From Clostridia bacterium (GTDB taxonomy: Bacteria; Bacillota; Clostridia; Oscillospirales; Acutalibacteraceae): 24,699 nucleotides of DNA. The first letter of the stretch is position 1; the number at the start of each line of letters is the position of its first letter. The DNA lies in contig JAFOFS010000250.1 of the NCBI GenBank assembly GCA_017387165.1, positions 1 through 24,699 of the forward strand, written 5' to 3'. Of the stretch, positions 1 through 8,546 are shown one piece after another. Position numbers and translations under genes: made by a program. The notes under the pieces were generated by a model that saw only the letters and a list, made by a program, of their open reading frames with translations, made no database searches and was not told the origin of the DNA.

Positions 1-30
1 AATATAACTAAAATAGCAAAGGTATAAGAC

Positions 31-75
31 AAAATTAAAAGCTGTGTAGAAAATTTCTACACAGCTTTTTTCTTT
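31..75. terminator. Intrinsic terminator-like inverted repeat downstream of ftsZ, possibly bidirectional
   Basis: Perfect 16-bp inverted repeat AAAAGCTGTGTAGAAA-A-TTTCTACACAGCTTTT (37-69) with T-rich tracts on both strands, about 46 nt past the ftsZ stop. Confidence 0.75.
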
Positions 76-115
76 CCTTAAGCGTACGACTCGTACGCAT
101 CGGAATTTTTTGTTT

Positions 116-1249
116 TTAGTCTTTCTTCTTGGTGAAGTAGGTCATCACGTCGAGGTAATCGTCGTTATCCTGCGACGGGGGAACGACCGTACCGGCAGCC
201 GACGAGGCGGGAGCCGCTTCGACCGGGCGCGCCTTGCTGATGAAATCCCACTCCAGATCGTCGTTCTTGACCGACTTGCCGGCGGATTTCTCATCAAAGC
301 CGGTGGCGATGACCGTCACGCTGATGCAGTCGTCCATATTCTCGTCGAACGCCGCGCCCCAGATGATGTTCGCATCCGGATGCGCCATACGGGAGATCTC
401 GCCGGAGGCCAGCTCCACGTCCTCGAGGTCGATGTCGGGGGAGGCGGTGATGTTGATCAGCACGCCGCGTGCGCCGTCGATGGTGGTTTCCAGCAGCGGG
501 CTGGCAACCGCACTCTTGGCGGCTTCGATCGCCTTGTCCTTACCTTCGGCGCGGCCGACGCCCATGTGCGCGTAGCCGGCGTCCTTCATAACCGAGGTGA
601 CGTCCGCGAAGTCGAGGTTGACCAGCGACGGAACCTTGATGAGCTGGGAGATGGACTGCACGCCCTGGCGCAGAACGTCATCCGCCACCTCAAACGCGTT
701 GGCAAGAGTGATGCGGGTCTCGGTGACCAGCTTCAGGCGATCGTTTGGGATGACCACCAGGCTGTCCACGTGCTCACGCAGAGTGGCGATGCCTTCCTCC
801 GCCTGCTGCATACGGCGACGACCCTCGAAGCCGAACGGCTTGGTGACGATACCGACGGTCAGGATGCCCATCTCACGGGCGATCTCCGCCACGACGGGAG
901 CCGCACCCGTACCGGTGCCGCCGCCCATACCGGCGGTGATGAACACCATATCGGTGCCCTTCAGCGCGTCGATGATCTCGTCGCGGCTTTCCTCCGCCGC
1001 ACGCTGACCTTTTTCGGGATTGGCGCCGGCGCCCATACCACGGGTGAGCTTCTCACCGATCTGGATGCGCTGGGTTGCCTGCGAATGAGAAAGCGCCTGG
1101 CGGTCGGTGTTGATGGCGACGAATTCCACGCCGACCATACCCGAACGCGCCATACGGTTGACAGCGTTTCCGCCGCCGCCGCCGACGCCGATTACTTTAA
1201 TTTGGGTACCTTCCATAAATTCGTCATCAAAATGCAGACCCATGCTCAT
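116..1249 (-). CDS. ftsZ: Cell division protein FtsZ (377 aa)
   Basis: [14 protein letters not shown] and tubulin signature GMGGGTGTG; NLDFADV T7 loop; GGAGGT RBS 7 nt upstream of the ATG; TAA stop. Confidence 0.99.
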   Translation of the reverse strand: MSMGLHFDDEFMEGTQIKVIGVGGGGGNAVNRMARSGMVGVEFVAINTDRQALSHSQATQRIQIGEKLTRGMGAGANPEKGQRAAEESRDEIIDALKGTDMVFITAGMGGGTGTGAAPVVAEIAREMGILTVGIVTKPFGFEGRRRMQQAEEGIATLREHVDSLVVIPNDRLKLVTETRITLANAFEVADDVLRQGVQSISQLIKVPSLVNLDFADVTSVMKDAGYAHMGVGRAEGKDKAIEAAKSAVASPLLETTIDGARGVLINITASPDIDLEDVELASGEISRMAHPDANIIWGAAFDENMDDCISVTVIATGFDEKSAGKSVKNDDLEWDFISKARPVEAAPASSAAGTVVPPSQDNDDYLDVMTYFTKKKD

Positions 1250-1329
1250 AGTGCATACCTCCGTACTCTTTAGTAATCACATTCGTCCGAAAACAAATGC
1301 AGAGTTGTACATCTTGTATATTTAATTCT

Positions 1330-1358
1330 ATCATAACACAACTGTTTGACAATTTCAA
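1330..1358 (-). promoter_or_regulatory. Sigma-A-type promoter for ftsZ
   Basis: Minus strand TTGAAA-17 nt-TATGAT with a TGn extended -10, in the AT-rich divIB-ftsZ gap. Confidence 0.7.
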
Positions 1359-1359
1359 G

Positions 1360-1388
1360 AAAAAAAGCCGAAAAATTTCGGCTTTTTT
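1360..1388 (-). terminator. Intrinsic terminator after divIB
   Basis: Inverted repeat AAAAAAGCCGAAA-AA-TTTCGGCTTTTTT (1361-1388); on the minus strand the hairpin is followed by a 7-T run; lies about 18 nt after the divIB stop. Confidence 0.75.
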
Positions 1389-1405
1389 GAAAAAATATTC
1401 GCGTG

Positions 1406-2371
1406 TTATTCTTCGCCCGTTTCTTCTTCCGATTCGGGGACTTCTTCCCCCTCGGGAACGGATGGCTCGGTCGGCTCGACAGGGAAGGAATCCGGCTCGC
1501 GGATATAGTCGGTGGGGGTGAAGATGACCTGGTTATTTTCCTTGTTGTCGTCGGAGTAGGAGGAAATATCCAAAACGCCCTTGGCGTGCTTTCCGTAGTC
1601 GCTTAAGACCTGCGGCAGCGTTCCGGCAAACACGCGCAGCTCGTAGGTGAGGTTGCTGTCATCGCCCAATTTCACGCGGATCTGATGGTTCCACACCATC
1701 GTCAGATGGGTCAGGCTGGTCATATCGATCTCGCAGATGCCGGTGATCTGCTGCGTTCGGAGTTCGGTCAGCAGCTGCTGCAAAATGGCGGCGGTGCGCG
1801 GCTCCAGCGCCGCTTCGCCCAGCTTGCCGCCTGTCGTTTTCGCTCCGCGAACGTACAGGATGCGGTCGGGCGTGTCGGCGGTCATTTCGCGGTAGCCGAT
1901 GGTGTGCAGCGTATCGTCCAGCAGCGCCCAGCGTCCGTTATCGTAGACCGCGCAGACGGCGGTCTTTTCGGTCACCTCGATGACGAAGACGTCTGCCGAC
2001 GGGGTGGTGATCTTGACGCTCTTGAGATAGGGGCAGAGGGCCAGAATGTTTTGCTCGGCGGCCGATTTGCTGACCGTCATAAAATTCTGACCGACCTGCA
2101 GTCCCGATGCCGCGAGGATGGTTTCGGTGGGGAGGTGGTCGTTGCCCGACACGCGGATCTCCTTGATGCCGGTGCTGCCGACCGACACGCTTTGTCCGGT
2201 CTGCTGCATCAGCTCCTGCTCGGCGCGGCGCACCTTGGCCAGCGGATAGAAATGGATGATGAGCGCGACCACCACGAGGATCGCGACAAACAACGCGACC
2301 GTCGTCAGAAACCGACGCAGGCCGACGTTTTCTTTTTGATTTGGTTTTCGCGGAATGCGGGTGACGCTCAC
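1406..2371 (-). CDS. divIB: Cell division protein FtsQ/DivIB (321 aa, GTG start)
   Basis: Short basic N-terminus, one TM helix, POTRA domain (IKEIRVSGNDHL...ILAASGLQVGQN), acidic tail; directly upstream of ftsZ; RBS AAAAGGAAGTG. Confidence 0.88.
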   Translation of the reverse strand: MSVTRIPRKPNQKENVGLRRFLTTVALFVAILVVVALIIHFYPLAKVRRAEQELMQQTGQSVSVGSTGIKEIRVSGNDHLPTETILAASGLQVGQNFMTVSKSAAEQNILALCPYLKSVKITTPSADVFVIEVTEKTAVCAVYDNGRWALLDDTLHTIGYREMTADTPDRILYVRGAKTTGGKLGEAALEPRTAAILQQLLTELRTQQITGICEIDMTSLTHLTMVWNHQIRVKLGDDSNLTYELRVFAGTLPQVLSDYGKHAKGVLDISSYSDDNKENNQVIFTPTDYIREPDSFPVEPTEPSVPEGEEVPESEEETGEE

Positions 2372-2394
2372 GGTTTCACTTCCTTTTACGTTTT

Positions 2395-3654
2395 TTACGG
2401 ATCGACCCGTCGGATACGGGCGCCGATGGCGGAGAGTCCGCTCTCCGGATCGGCATAGCCGCGGTCGAGATGCTGCAATTCACCGATGGCGGAACGCCCC
2501 TCGGCAGCCAAAGCGGCGACCACCAGCGCAGCGCCGCCGCGCAGGTCGGTGCAATCCACCGCCGCGCCGGAAAGGGATTTGACCCCCTCGACCACCGCCA
2601 CGCGCCCTTCGGTCTTGATGCGAGCGCCCATACGAAGCAGCTCGCCGACGTATTTGTAACGGCATTCAAAGATGTTTTCGACGAACACCCCCGTGCCGTC
2701 AGCCACCGTAGCCGCCGCCAGCAGCGGCGCCGCCGCGTCGGTCGGAAAGCCGGGATACGGCATGGTGCGCAGGTAGGGGATACGTTTTAAGCGGCGCGGC
2801 GCCTTCAGGCGGACGCGGTCGGCGTACACCGACAGTTGACACCCCATTTCCGAGAAAAGCGGAAGAACGGTGTCGATATGCTGCGGACAGCAGGCGGTGA
2901 CCGTGCCGTCGCCTCCGGTCGCGGCAATCGCCGCCAAATAGGTGGCGGCTTCGATGCGATCGGGTATCACGGTGTGCTCTGCCGCGGCAAGACGGGGGAC
3001 GCCCTCGATGCGGATGGTACCGCCGTCTGTATGGATATGCGCTCCGCAGGCGGTGAGATACGCCGCGAGATCGGAAATTTCCGGTTCTCTTGCCGCGTTG
3101 AGCAGAGTGGTGACGCCGTCGGCGGTGACCGCCGCCAGCAGAATGTTTTCGGTTGCGCCGACGCTGGGGAAAGCGAGCGAAACGGTTTCTCCGTGAAACC
3201 GCCCGTCCGGCAGACAGGCGTGCAGCTGTCCCCGTTCCTCCGTAATGACCGCCCCCAGTTGCCGCAGCGCGGAGAGGTGGAGGTCGATGGGGCGAGGACC
3301 GAGTTCGCAACCGCCGGGGTAGGAGAGATGCGCTTCACCGAAGCGAGCCATCATCGCGCCCAAAAACACGATGGACGAGCGCATTCGCCGCATCAGGCGG
3401 TCGGAAATCACCGGCTTATCCGCTTGGTCGGGGCAGACGGTGACCGTCCTGCCCTCCTGCCGCACGCGGCAGCCGAAGTCGGTCAGAATTTCCAGGCAAC
3501 CGCCGACGTCGGAAAGCGGTGGTACGTTATGTAATACGCTTTCGCCGTCTGCGAGCAGCGTGGCGGCCAACAGCGGCAGCACCGCGTTTTTGGCGCCGTG
3601 CACGGCGATTTCGCCGCGCAGCGGATAGCCGCCGTCTATCAGTAATCGGGACAT
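2395..3654 (-). CDS. murA: UDP-N-acetylglucosamine 1-carboxyvinyltransferase MurA
   Basis: GAKNAVLP, MRSSI, catalytic Cys loop PGGCELGPRPIDLHL, SVGATEN, AAREPEI, PYPGFPTD, DLRGGA. ATG at 3654 preferred over GTG at 3660 from spacing to the AAGGAGG RBS. Confidence 0.97.
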   Translation of the reverse strand: MSRLLIDGGYPLRGEIAVHGAKNAVLPLLAATLLADGESVLHNVPPLSDVGGCLEILTDFGCRVRQEGRTVTVCPDQADKPVISDRLMRRMRSSIVFLGAMMARFGEAHLSYPGGCELGPRPIDLHLSALRQLGAVITEERGQLHACLPDGRFHGETVSLAFPSVGATENILLAAVTADGVTTLLNAAREPEISDLAAYLTACGAHIHTDGGTIRIEGVPRLAAAEHTVIPDRIEAATYLAAIAATGGDGTVTACCPQHIDTVLPLFSEMGCQLSVYADRVRLKAPRRLKRIPYLRTMPYPGFPTDAAAPLLAAATVADGTGVFVENIFECRYKYVGELLRMGARIKTEGRVAVVEGVKSLSGAAVDCTDLRGGAALVVAALAAEGRSAIGELQHLDRGYADPESGLSAIGARIRRVDP

Positions 3655-3696
3655 ACGCACTCCCTCCTTTGTCTGCGGAAATACTTCCGCACTGCC

Positions 3697-3725
3697 ACCA
3701 TATGACGGGCAGAGGAGAAGAGTGC
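3697..3725 (-). promoter_or_regulatory. Putative mother-cell sigma (SigK/SigE-type) promoter upstream of murA
   Basis: Minus strand GCAC-17 nt-CATATGGT matches the Bacillus SigK pattern AC-N16-18-CATAnnnT; lies in the murG-murA gap. Confidence 0.45.
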
Positions 3726-3730
3726 GAATT

Positions 3731-4852
3731 TTATTTGTTCAGCGCCTTTTCAATGACCTCCCAAATACGGTCGGAGGCGTCGAGAATGGCGTCCTTACGG
3801 GCGGCTTCGCCCATATTTCGCAGGGTAGCGGGATCGGCTAACAGGCGGTCGATGGCGGCGGCAAGCGTCTTGCCGTCCAGATCCTTTTCTTCGATGCAGA
3901 CCGCCGCGCCTTTGTTGACCAGCACCATCGCGTTGTGGAACTGGTGGTTCTCCGCAACGTAGGGGGAGGGAATCAGCACCGAGGCCACGCCGCAGGCAGG
4001 CAGTTCGCTGATGGTCATCGCGCCGCAGCGGCAGATGACCAGGTCGGCCGCCGCCATACAATCGATCATATTGTCGATATACGGGCGTACCGAGATGCCG
4101 TTCCTGTCGGTCGGGACACCCTTTTCCTGCAACGCCGCGACTGTATCGTCGTAGCCGTTTTTGCCGGTGCCGTGGATGTGTTGGCAGCGACCGCTCGCGG
4201 CGCTTTGCGCCAGCACCTCCACCATGGCCTCGTTGATCGGACGGGCGCCGAGACTGCCGCCGAAGGACAGCACCAGCGGACGGTCGTCCGCGCCGATGGC
4301 GGCTCTTGCCGCGGCTTTATCAACCGAAAGGAACTCCGCGCGGAGCGGATTGCCGGTCACCACCAGCGGACAGCTGCCGGACGGCATCTTGGCCTTGGAC
4401 GCTTCGGTTGGCAGGCAGATGGCGGTGGCGTATTTCGCCAGCATTTTGACGGTCACGCCCGGGAGGGCGTTGGATTCGTGCACCACCACGGGAATGCCCG
4501 TTTTGGCGGCGGCGCGCAGAATCGGGCCGCTGACGTAACCGCCGGTGCCGATGGCAATATCCGGCTTGAATTCTTTGAGTATTTTTTTGCAGGCGCTGCC
4601 GGCGGTCACTGCGTGCCACGCGGCGCTGACGTTATGGGCGATGCCTGCCGGTGTCAGCTGACGGGAAAAGCCTTTGACCGTGACCGTCTTGAGCGGGTAG
4701 CCTGCTTTCGGCACCAGCTCGGTTTCCATACGACCGGTCGCGCCGACAAACAGAAATTCCGCATCCGGCACACGGCGGCGAATATCCGCCGCGATCGCCA
4801 AGGCAGGGTTGATATGTCCGGCGGTACCGCCGCCTGTCATCAATACACGCAT
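3731..4852 (-). CDS. murG: Undecaprenyldiphospho-muramoylpentapeptide beta-N-acetylglucosaminyltransferase MurG
   Basis: GGGTAGHINP, GTGGYVSGP, HESNALPG, TGNPLR, GGSLGA, ENHQFHNA motifs. Confidence 0.98.
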   Translation of the reverse strand: MRVLMTGGGTAGHINPALAIAADIRRRVPDAEFLFVGATGRMETELVPKAGYPLKTVTVKGFSRQLTPAGIAHNVSAAWHAVTAGSACKKILKEFKPDIAIGTGGYVSGPILRAAAKTGIPVVVHESNALPGVTVKMLAKYATAICLPTEASKAKMPSGSCPLVVTGNPLRAEFLSVDKAAARAAIGADDRPLVLSFGGSLGARPINEAMVEVLAQSAASGRCQHIHGTGKNGYDDTVAALQEKGVPTDRNGISVRPYIDNMIDCMAAADLVICRCGAMTISELPACGVASVLIPSPYVAENHQFHNAMVLVNKGAAVCIEEKDLDGKTLAAAIDRLLADPATLRNMGEAARKDAILDASDRIWEVIEKALNK

Positions 4853-4856
4853 CGTT

Positions 4857-6053
4857 TTACTCCTTTTCGGGGGAATCCGGCCGCCGTGCGCTCTGCCGCG
4901 CCTGACGGGATACCGAGAGAATAACGCCCATTTGCATCATCATCATAACCAGCGACGAGCCGCCGTAGCTGAAGAACGGCAAGCCGATGCCGGTGTTGGG
5001 CATCAGGTTGCTGACCACCATGACGTTCAAGATGACCTGAACGCCGATCTGCGCGGCAATGCCGATGGACAGCATTGCGCCGAATTTATCGGCGGCGCGC
5101 ATACTGATGGTGATACCGCGCCACACCAGCAACCCAAACAAGATCAGGATAATCGCCGCGCCGACAAAGCCGAGCTCCTCGCATACGATAGCGAAGATGA
5201 AGTCGTTTTGCGGTTCGGGGAGGAACAGGTGCTTTTGCACCGAGTTGCCCAGACCGACGCCCATCAGACCGCCCGAGCCGATGGCGTACAGCGATTGCAC
5301 CGTCTGCCACGCCATATCGCGTCCTTCCGAGCCGGAGTTGAACACCTCCAGCGGACGCTGCCATACCGCGATGCGGTCGGCCTCGTAGCCGAATACGCCG
5401 ACCAGCAGCAGGATGGCCGCCACGCCGAGCGCCGCCACCACCGCCAGATAGGAGATACGCGTGCCGCCGACGAACATCATCACGGCGCCGATGGCGACGA
5501 TGAGGATGGTACCCGACAGGTGCGGCTCAAACAGCACCAGCACCGCCACGCAGCACAGCAACACCGCAAACGGCACGAAGCCGATGGTGAATTTTTTCAT
5601 CTGCTTGTGGTTGATGGAAATGAGGTGGGCAAACGCTAAAATAATGCCGAATTTCGCCAGCTCGGACGGCTGGAAGCCGCCGATGACCGGCAGGTTGATC
5701 CACCGCTGAATGCCGGTGGGGGAGGGAACGAAAAAGACGACGATGAGCAGCAACACCGACAGACCGAAGATCGGCCAGGTGAGGCGGTGCAGAATGTGGT
5801 AGTCAAAGAAGGACACCGCAAACATCGCGACGATGCCGATCAACGCGAAGATAAACTGCTTTTTGATATAGAAGAACGGATCGCCGTCGTAATGCGAGGC
5901 GTAGATGTAGCTGGCCGAGAACAGGCAGACCAGACCGATCGCCATCAGCAGCAACAGAATGAGGATAAAGGGCGCATCCAGCGTGCCGGCGGCACGGAAG
6001 ATGTGCTTCCACCATTTATAACGCGTTTTTTTGCTCGTCGTTTCGGAAGCCAT
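4857..6053 (-). CDS. ftsW: SEDS family peptidoglycan glycosyltransferase FtsW/SpoVE
   Basis: Polytopic membrane protein with RWI, FQPSELAK, EPHLSGT, AIGSGG, LPEPQNDFIFA and GIGLPFFSYGGSS; between mraY and murG. Confidence 0.95.
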   Translation of the reverse strand: MASETTSKKTRYKWWKHIFRAAGTLDAPFILILLLLMAIGLVCLFSASYIYASHYDGDPFFYIKKQFIFALIGIVAMFAVSFFDYHILHRLTWPIFGLSVLLLIVVFFVPSPTGIQRWINLPVIGGFQPSELAKFGIILAFAHLISINHKQMKKFTIGFVPFAVLLCCVAVLVLFEPHLSGTILIVAIGAVMMFVGGTRISYLAVVAALGVAAILLLVGVFGYEADRIAVWQRPLEVFNSGSEGRDMAWQTVQSLYAIGSGGLMGVGLGNSVQKHLFLPEPQNDFIFAIVCEELGFVGAAIILILFGLLVWRGITISMRAADKFGAMLSIGIAAQIGVQVILNVMVVSNLMPNTGIGLPFFSYGGSSLVMMMMQMGVILSVSRQARQSARRPDSPEKE

Positions 6054-6087
6054 CGGGCGTTCTCCTTTCGTCGGATTTTCGGATAGT

Positions 6088-7110
6088 TTACAGCCACATA
6101 AACAAAACGGTCAGCGCGGAAACCACCAGCGTGATCAGCGAGAAGGTGATGACGATGCGGTTTTCGTTCCAGCCGCCCATCTCGAAATGGTGATGGATGG
6201 GGGCCATACGGAACAGGCGCTTGCCGTGGGTCAGCTTGAAATAGCCGACCTGCAGGATGACCGACAGGGTTTCCATAATGTAGATGACGCCGAACGGCAC
6301 CAGCAGCAACGGATGACCGATGCCGAACGCAATGCCGCAAAGCGCACCGCCGATGTACAACGAGCCGGTATCGCCCATAAACACCTTCGCCGGATGGAGA
6401 TTGTACAGCAGGAAGCCCATCAGACCGCCGATCAGCGCCGCCGAGACCAGCCCTTGGTAAAACTCGCCCAGCAGACCGCAGACGGTGAGGAACGCGATAG
6501 CGGCAAACACCGTGACGGTGCCGCAAAGACCGTCCACGCCGTCGGTGATGTTGGTGGCGTTGGAGGCACCGGCGACGATGAAGATGACCACCGGAATGAT
6601 CCACAGACCGAAGTCCACCTCACCGAAGAACGGGAGATAGAAGGTGCGGGCGTCCGCGCCGCCGAAATACAGCAGCAGCGCATAGCCGAGGGACAGCACG
6701 AACTGCAAAAACAGCTTTTGCTTGTCGGTCAGACCGAGATTGCGTTTTTTGACGATCTTGATGTAGTCGTCCACAAAGCCGATGGCGCCGCAACCGACCG
6801 CCAGCAGAAGACCGCCGTACAGGCGCACCTGCGTCGCGGTGGGCTCCGCCAGAATGTTCCAGTTGAGGACGGTGCCGCAAAATACCAGCATCACGATCAC
6901 CGCCAGCAGCATACCGGCAATAAACAAAACGCCGCCCATGGTGGGGGTGCCCTGCTTGTTTTTGTGCCAGGACGGACCAATATCCAAAATGGTCTGTCCG
7001 AATTTCAGCTTGTGCAGCAGCGGAATGACCTTTTTGCCGAGCAGTGCCGCCGTCAAAAAGGCAACGAATGCCGCGGCAATAAGCGCCAACGGTTGTGTCA
7101 GATTGGGCAT
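6088..7110 (-). CDS. mraY: Phospho-N-acetylmuramoyl-pentapeptide transferase MraY
   Basis: KQGTPTMGG, GFVDDYIK, NATNITDGVDGL, PAKVFMGDTGS, FRMAPIHHHFE motifs. Confidence 0.98.
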   Translation of the reverse strand: MPNLTQPLALIAAAFVAFLTAALLGKKVIPLLHKLKFGQTILDIGPSWHKNKQGTPTMGGVLFIAGMLLAVIVMLVFCGTVLNWNILAEPTATQVRLYGGLLLAVGCGAIGFVDDYIKIVKKRNLGLTDKQKLFLQFVLSLGYALLLYFGGADARTFYLPFFGEVDFGLWIIPVVIFIVAGASNATNITDGVDGLCGTVTVFAAIAFLTVCGLLGEFYQGLVSAALIGGLMGFLLYNLHPAKVFMGDTGSLYIGGALCGIAFGIGHPLLLVPFGVIYIMETLSVILQVGYFKLTHGKRLFRMAPIHHHFEMGGWNENRIVITFSLITLVVSALTVLFMWL

Positions 7111-7114
7111 AGTG

Positions 7115-8542
7115 TTAATCCTTCTTTCCTGCCAGCACCTCAGCGACGATCTTGCGTTCGTCCAGCTCGACGGTGCGGTTTTTTAATATCTGATAGGTTT
7201 CGTGTCCTTTGCCTGCCAGCAGGACGGTGTCCCCTGCCTGCGCATGCTCAATCGCCCAGCGAACCGCTTGCTCGCGGTCGGGGAGGATGACCATCGGGGT
7301 ACCGTCGGGAATGCCGGGGAGTACCTCCTCAATGATGTCCATCGGCTCTTCCGAGCCGGGATTGTCCGAAGTCAGCACCAGCAGATCGGACAGACGGGCG
7401 GCGATTTCGCCCATGATCGGGCGCTTGGTGCGGTCGCGGTCGCCGGTGCAGCCGAACACGGTGATCAGCCGTCCGCGCAGACCGAGCTGAAGCGTCCGGC
7501 AGATCTTTTCCAGACCGTCGGGGGTGTGGGCGTAGTCCACCACCACCGTGAAATCGCGTCCCGTGGGAACGATCTCGGCGCGACCGTTGACTCCCGTCAC
7601 CTGCGAGATCGCCTCGCAGACCGTGTCAAACGGCAGGCCGACCGCCACCGCCGCGGCAATGGCGCCCAGCGCGTTGTTGACCGAGAATTCACCCGGCATC
7701 GAGAGGGACACCTCCGCGCGGCGGTTGCCGGCGCAGACGGTGAAATTCGAGCCGTCGGGGCGATAGCGGAGGTTTTCGGCGGTGAAATCCGCCTTCTCTC
7801 CGATGCAGAAGCGGTAGACGGGGCAGGTCAAGCCGTCGGTCAGACGGTCCACCCATGCGTCCTTTGCCTGTACCACCGCGCATTCGCTCTGTGCGAACAG
7901 CAGCTTCTTGGCGTCGCAGTATTCTTCCATCGTGTGATGATAATCCAAGTGATCCTGGGTCAGATTGGTGAACACACCGGCCGCAAAGGTGACCCCTGCC
8001 ACGCGGCGCTGATGCAGCGCGTGGGAGGATACCTCCATCACGACGTAGTCGCAGCCCTCGTCCGCCATCTCCGCAAACAGCTGCTGTAGCTCGTAGGCGG
8101 CAGGGGTGGTGGCGGAGGAGGACACCACACGCTGACCGATGAGGTTTTGAATGGTGCCGATGAGACCGACCTTGTGACCGCAGGCCTCCAGCATCTGCTT
8201 GAGCATATAGGTGGTGCTGGTCTTGCCGTTGGTGCCGGTGATGCCGATGATGTTCAGCCGTGAGGCCGGATGTCCGAACCAGTTGGCTGACAGCAGCGCC
8301 CACGCCTCACGGGTGTTGTCCACCCGAATCTGATGCTCCAGCCCGAGGTCACGCTCCACCATAACGGCGGCCGCGCCTGCGGCGAGCGCGTCGGCAGCAA
8401 AGCGGTGGGCATCCACCGATACGCCGTCGATGCAGACGAACAGGCAACCGGCGGTCACCTTGCGGGAGTCGCAGACCAGCGCGGTGATCTCCGGGTTTTC
8501 GCCGTAGGTTGCCACGCCGGCAAGCAGCTGCTGTAATTGCAT
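7115..8542 (-). CDS. murE: MurE-family Mur ligase, second tandem copy, with variant DNPG specificity motif (475 aa)
   Basis: GITGTNGKTST P-loop, MEVSSH, FTNLTQDHLDYH, DYAHTPD, GKGHETYQ; specificity motif reads SDNPGSE (DNPG at 7355-7366). Confidence 0.93.
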   Translation of the reverse strand: MQLQQLLAGVATYGENPEITALVCDSRKVTAGCLFVCIDGVSVDAHRFAADALAAGAAAVMVERDLGLEHQIRVDNTREAWALLSANWFGHPASRLNIIGITGTNGKTSTTYMLKQMLEACGHKVGLIGTIQNLIGQRVVSSSATTPAAYELQQLFAEMADEGCDYVVMEVSSHALHQRRVAGVTFAAGVFTNLTQDHLDYHHTMEEYCDAKKLLFAQSECAVVQAKDAWVDRLTDGLTCPVYRFCIGEKADFTAENLRYRPDGSNFTVCAGNRRAEVSLSMPGEFSVNNALGAIAAAVAVGLPFDTVCEAISQVTGVNGRAEIVPTGRDFTVVVDYAHTPDGLEKICRTLQLGLRGRLITVFGCTGDRDRTKRPIMGEIAARLSDLLVLTSDNPGSEEPMDIIEEVLPGIPDGTPMVILPDREQAVRWAIEHAQAGDTVLLAGKGHETYQILKNRTVELDERKIVAEVLAGKKD

Positions 8543-8546
8543 ACGG

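Noticed and set aside
110-1273. 387-aa plus-strand ORF opposite ftsZ
   Set aside because: Antisense shadow of a GC3-biased gene; no RBS and no recognisable motifs.
2431-2446. Hairpin GGAGAG-TCCG-CTCTCC near the murA 3' end
   Set aside because: Short, inside coding sequence, no U-tract; divIB follows closely.
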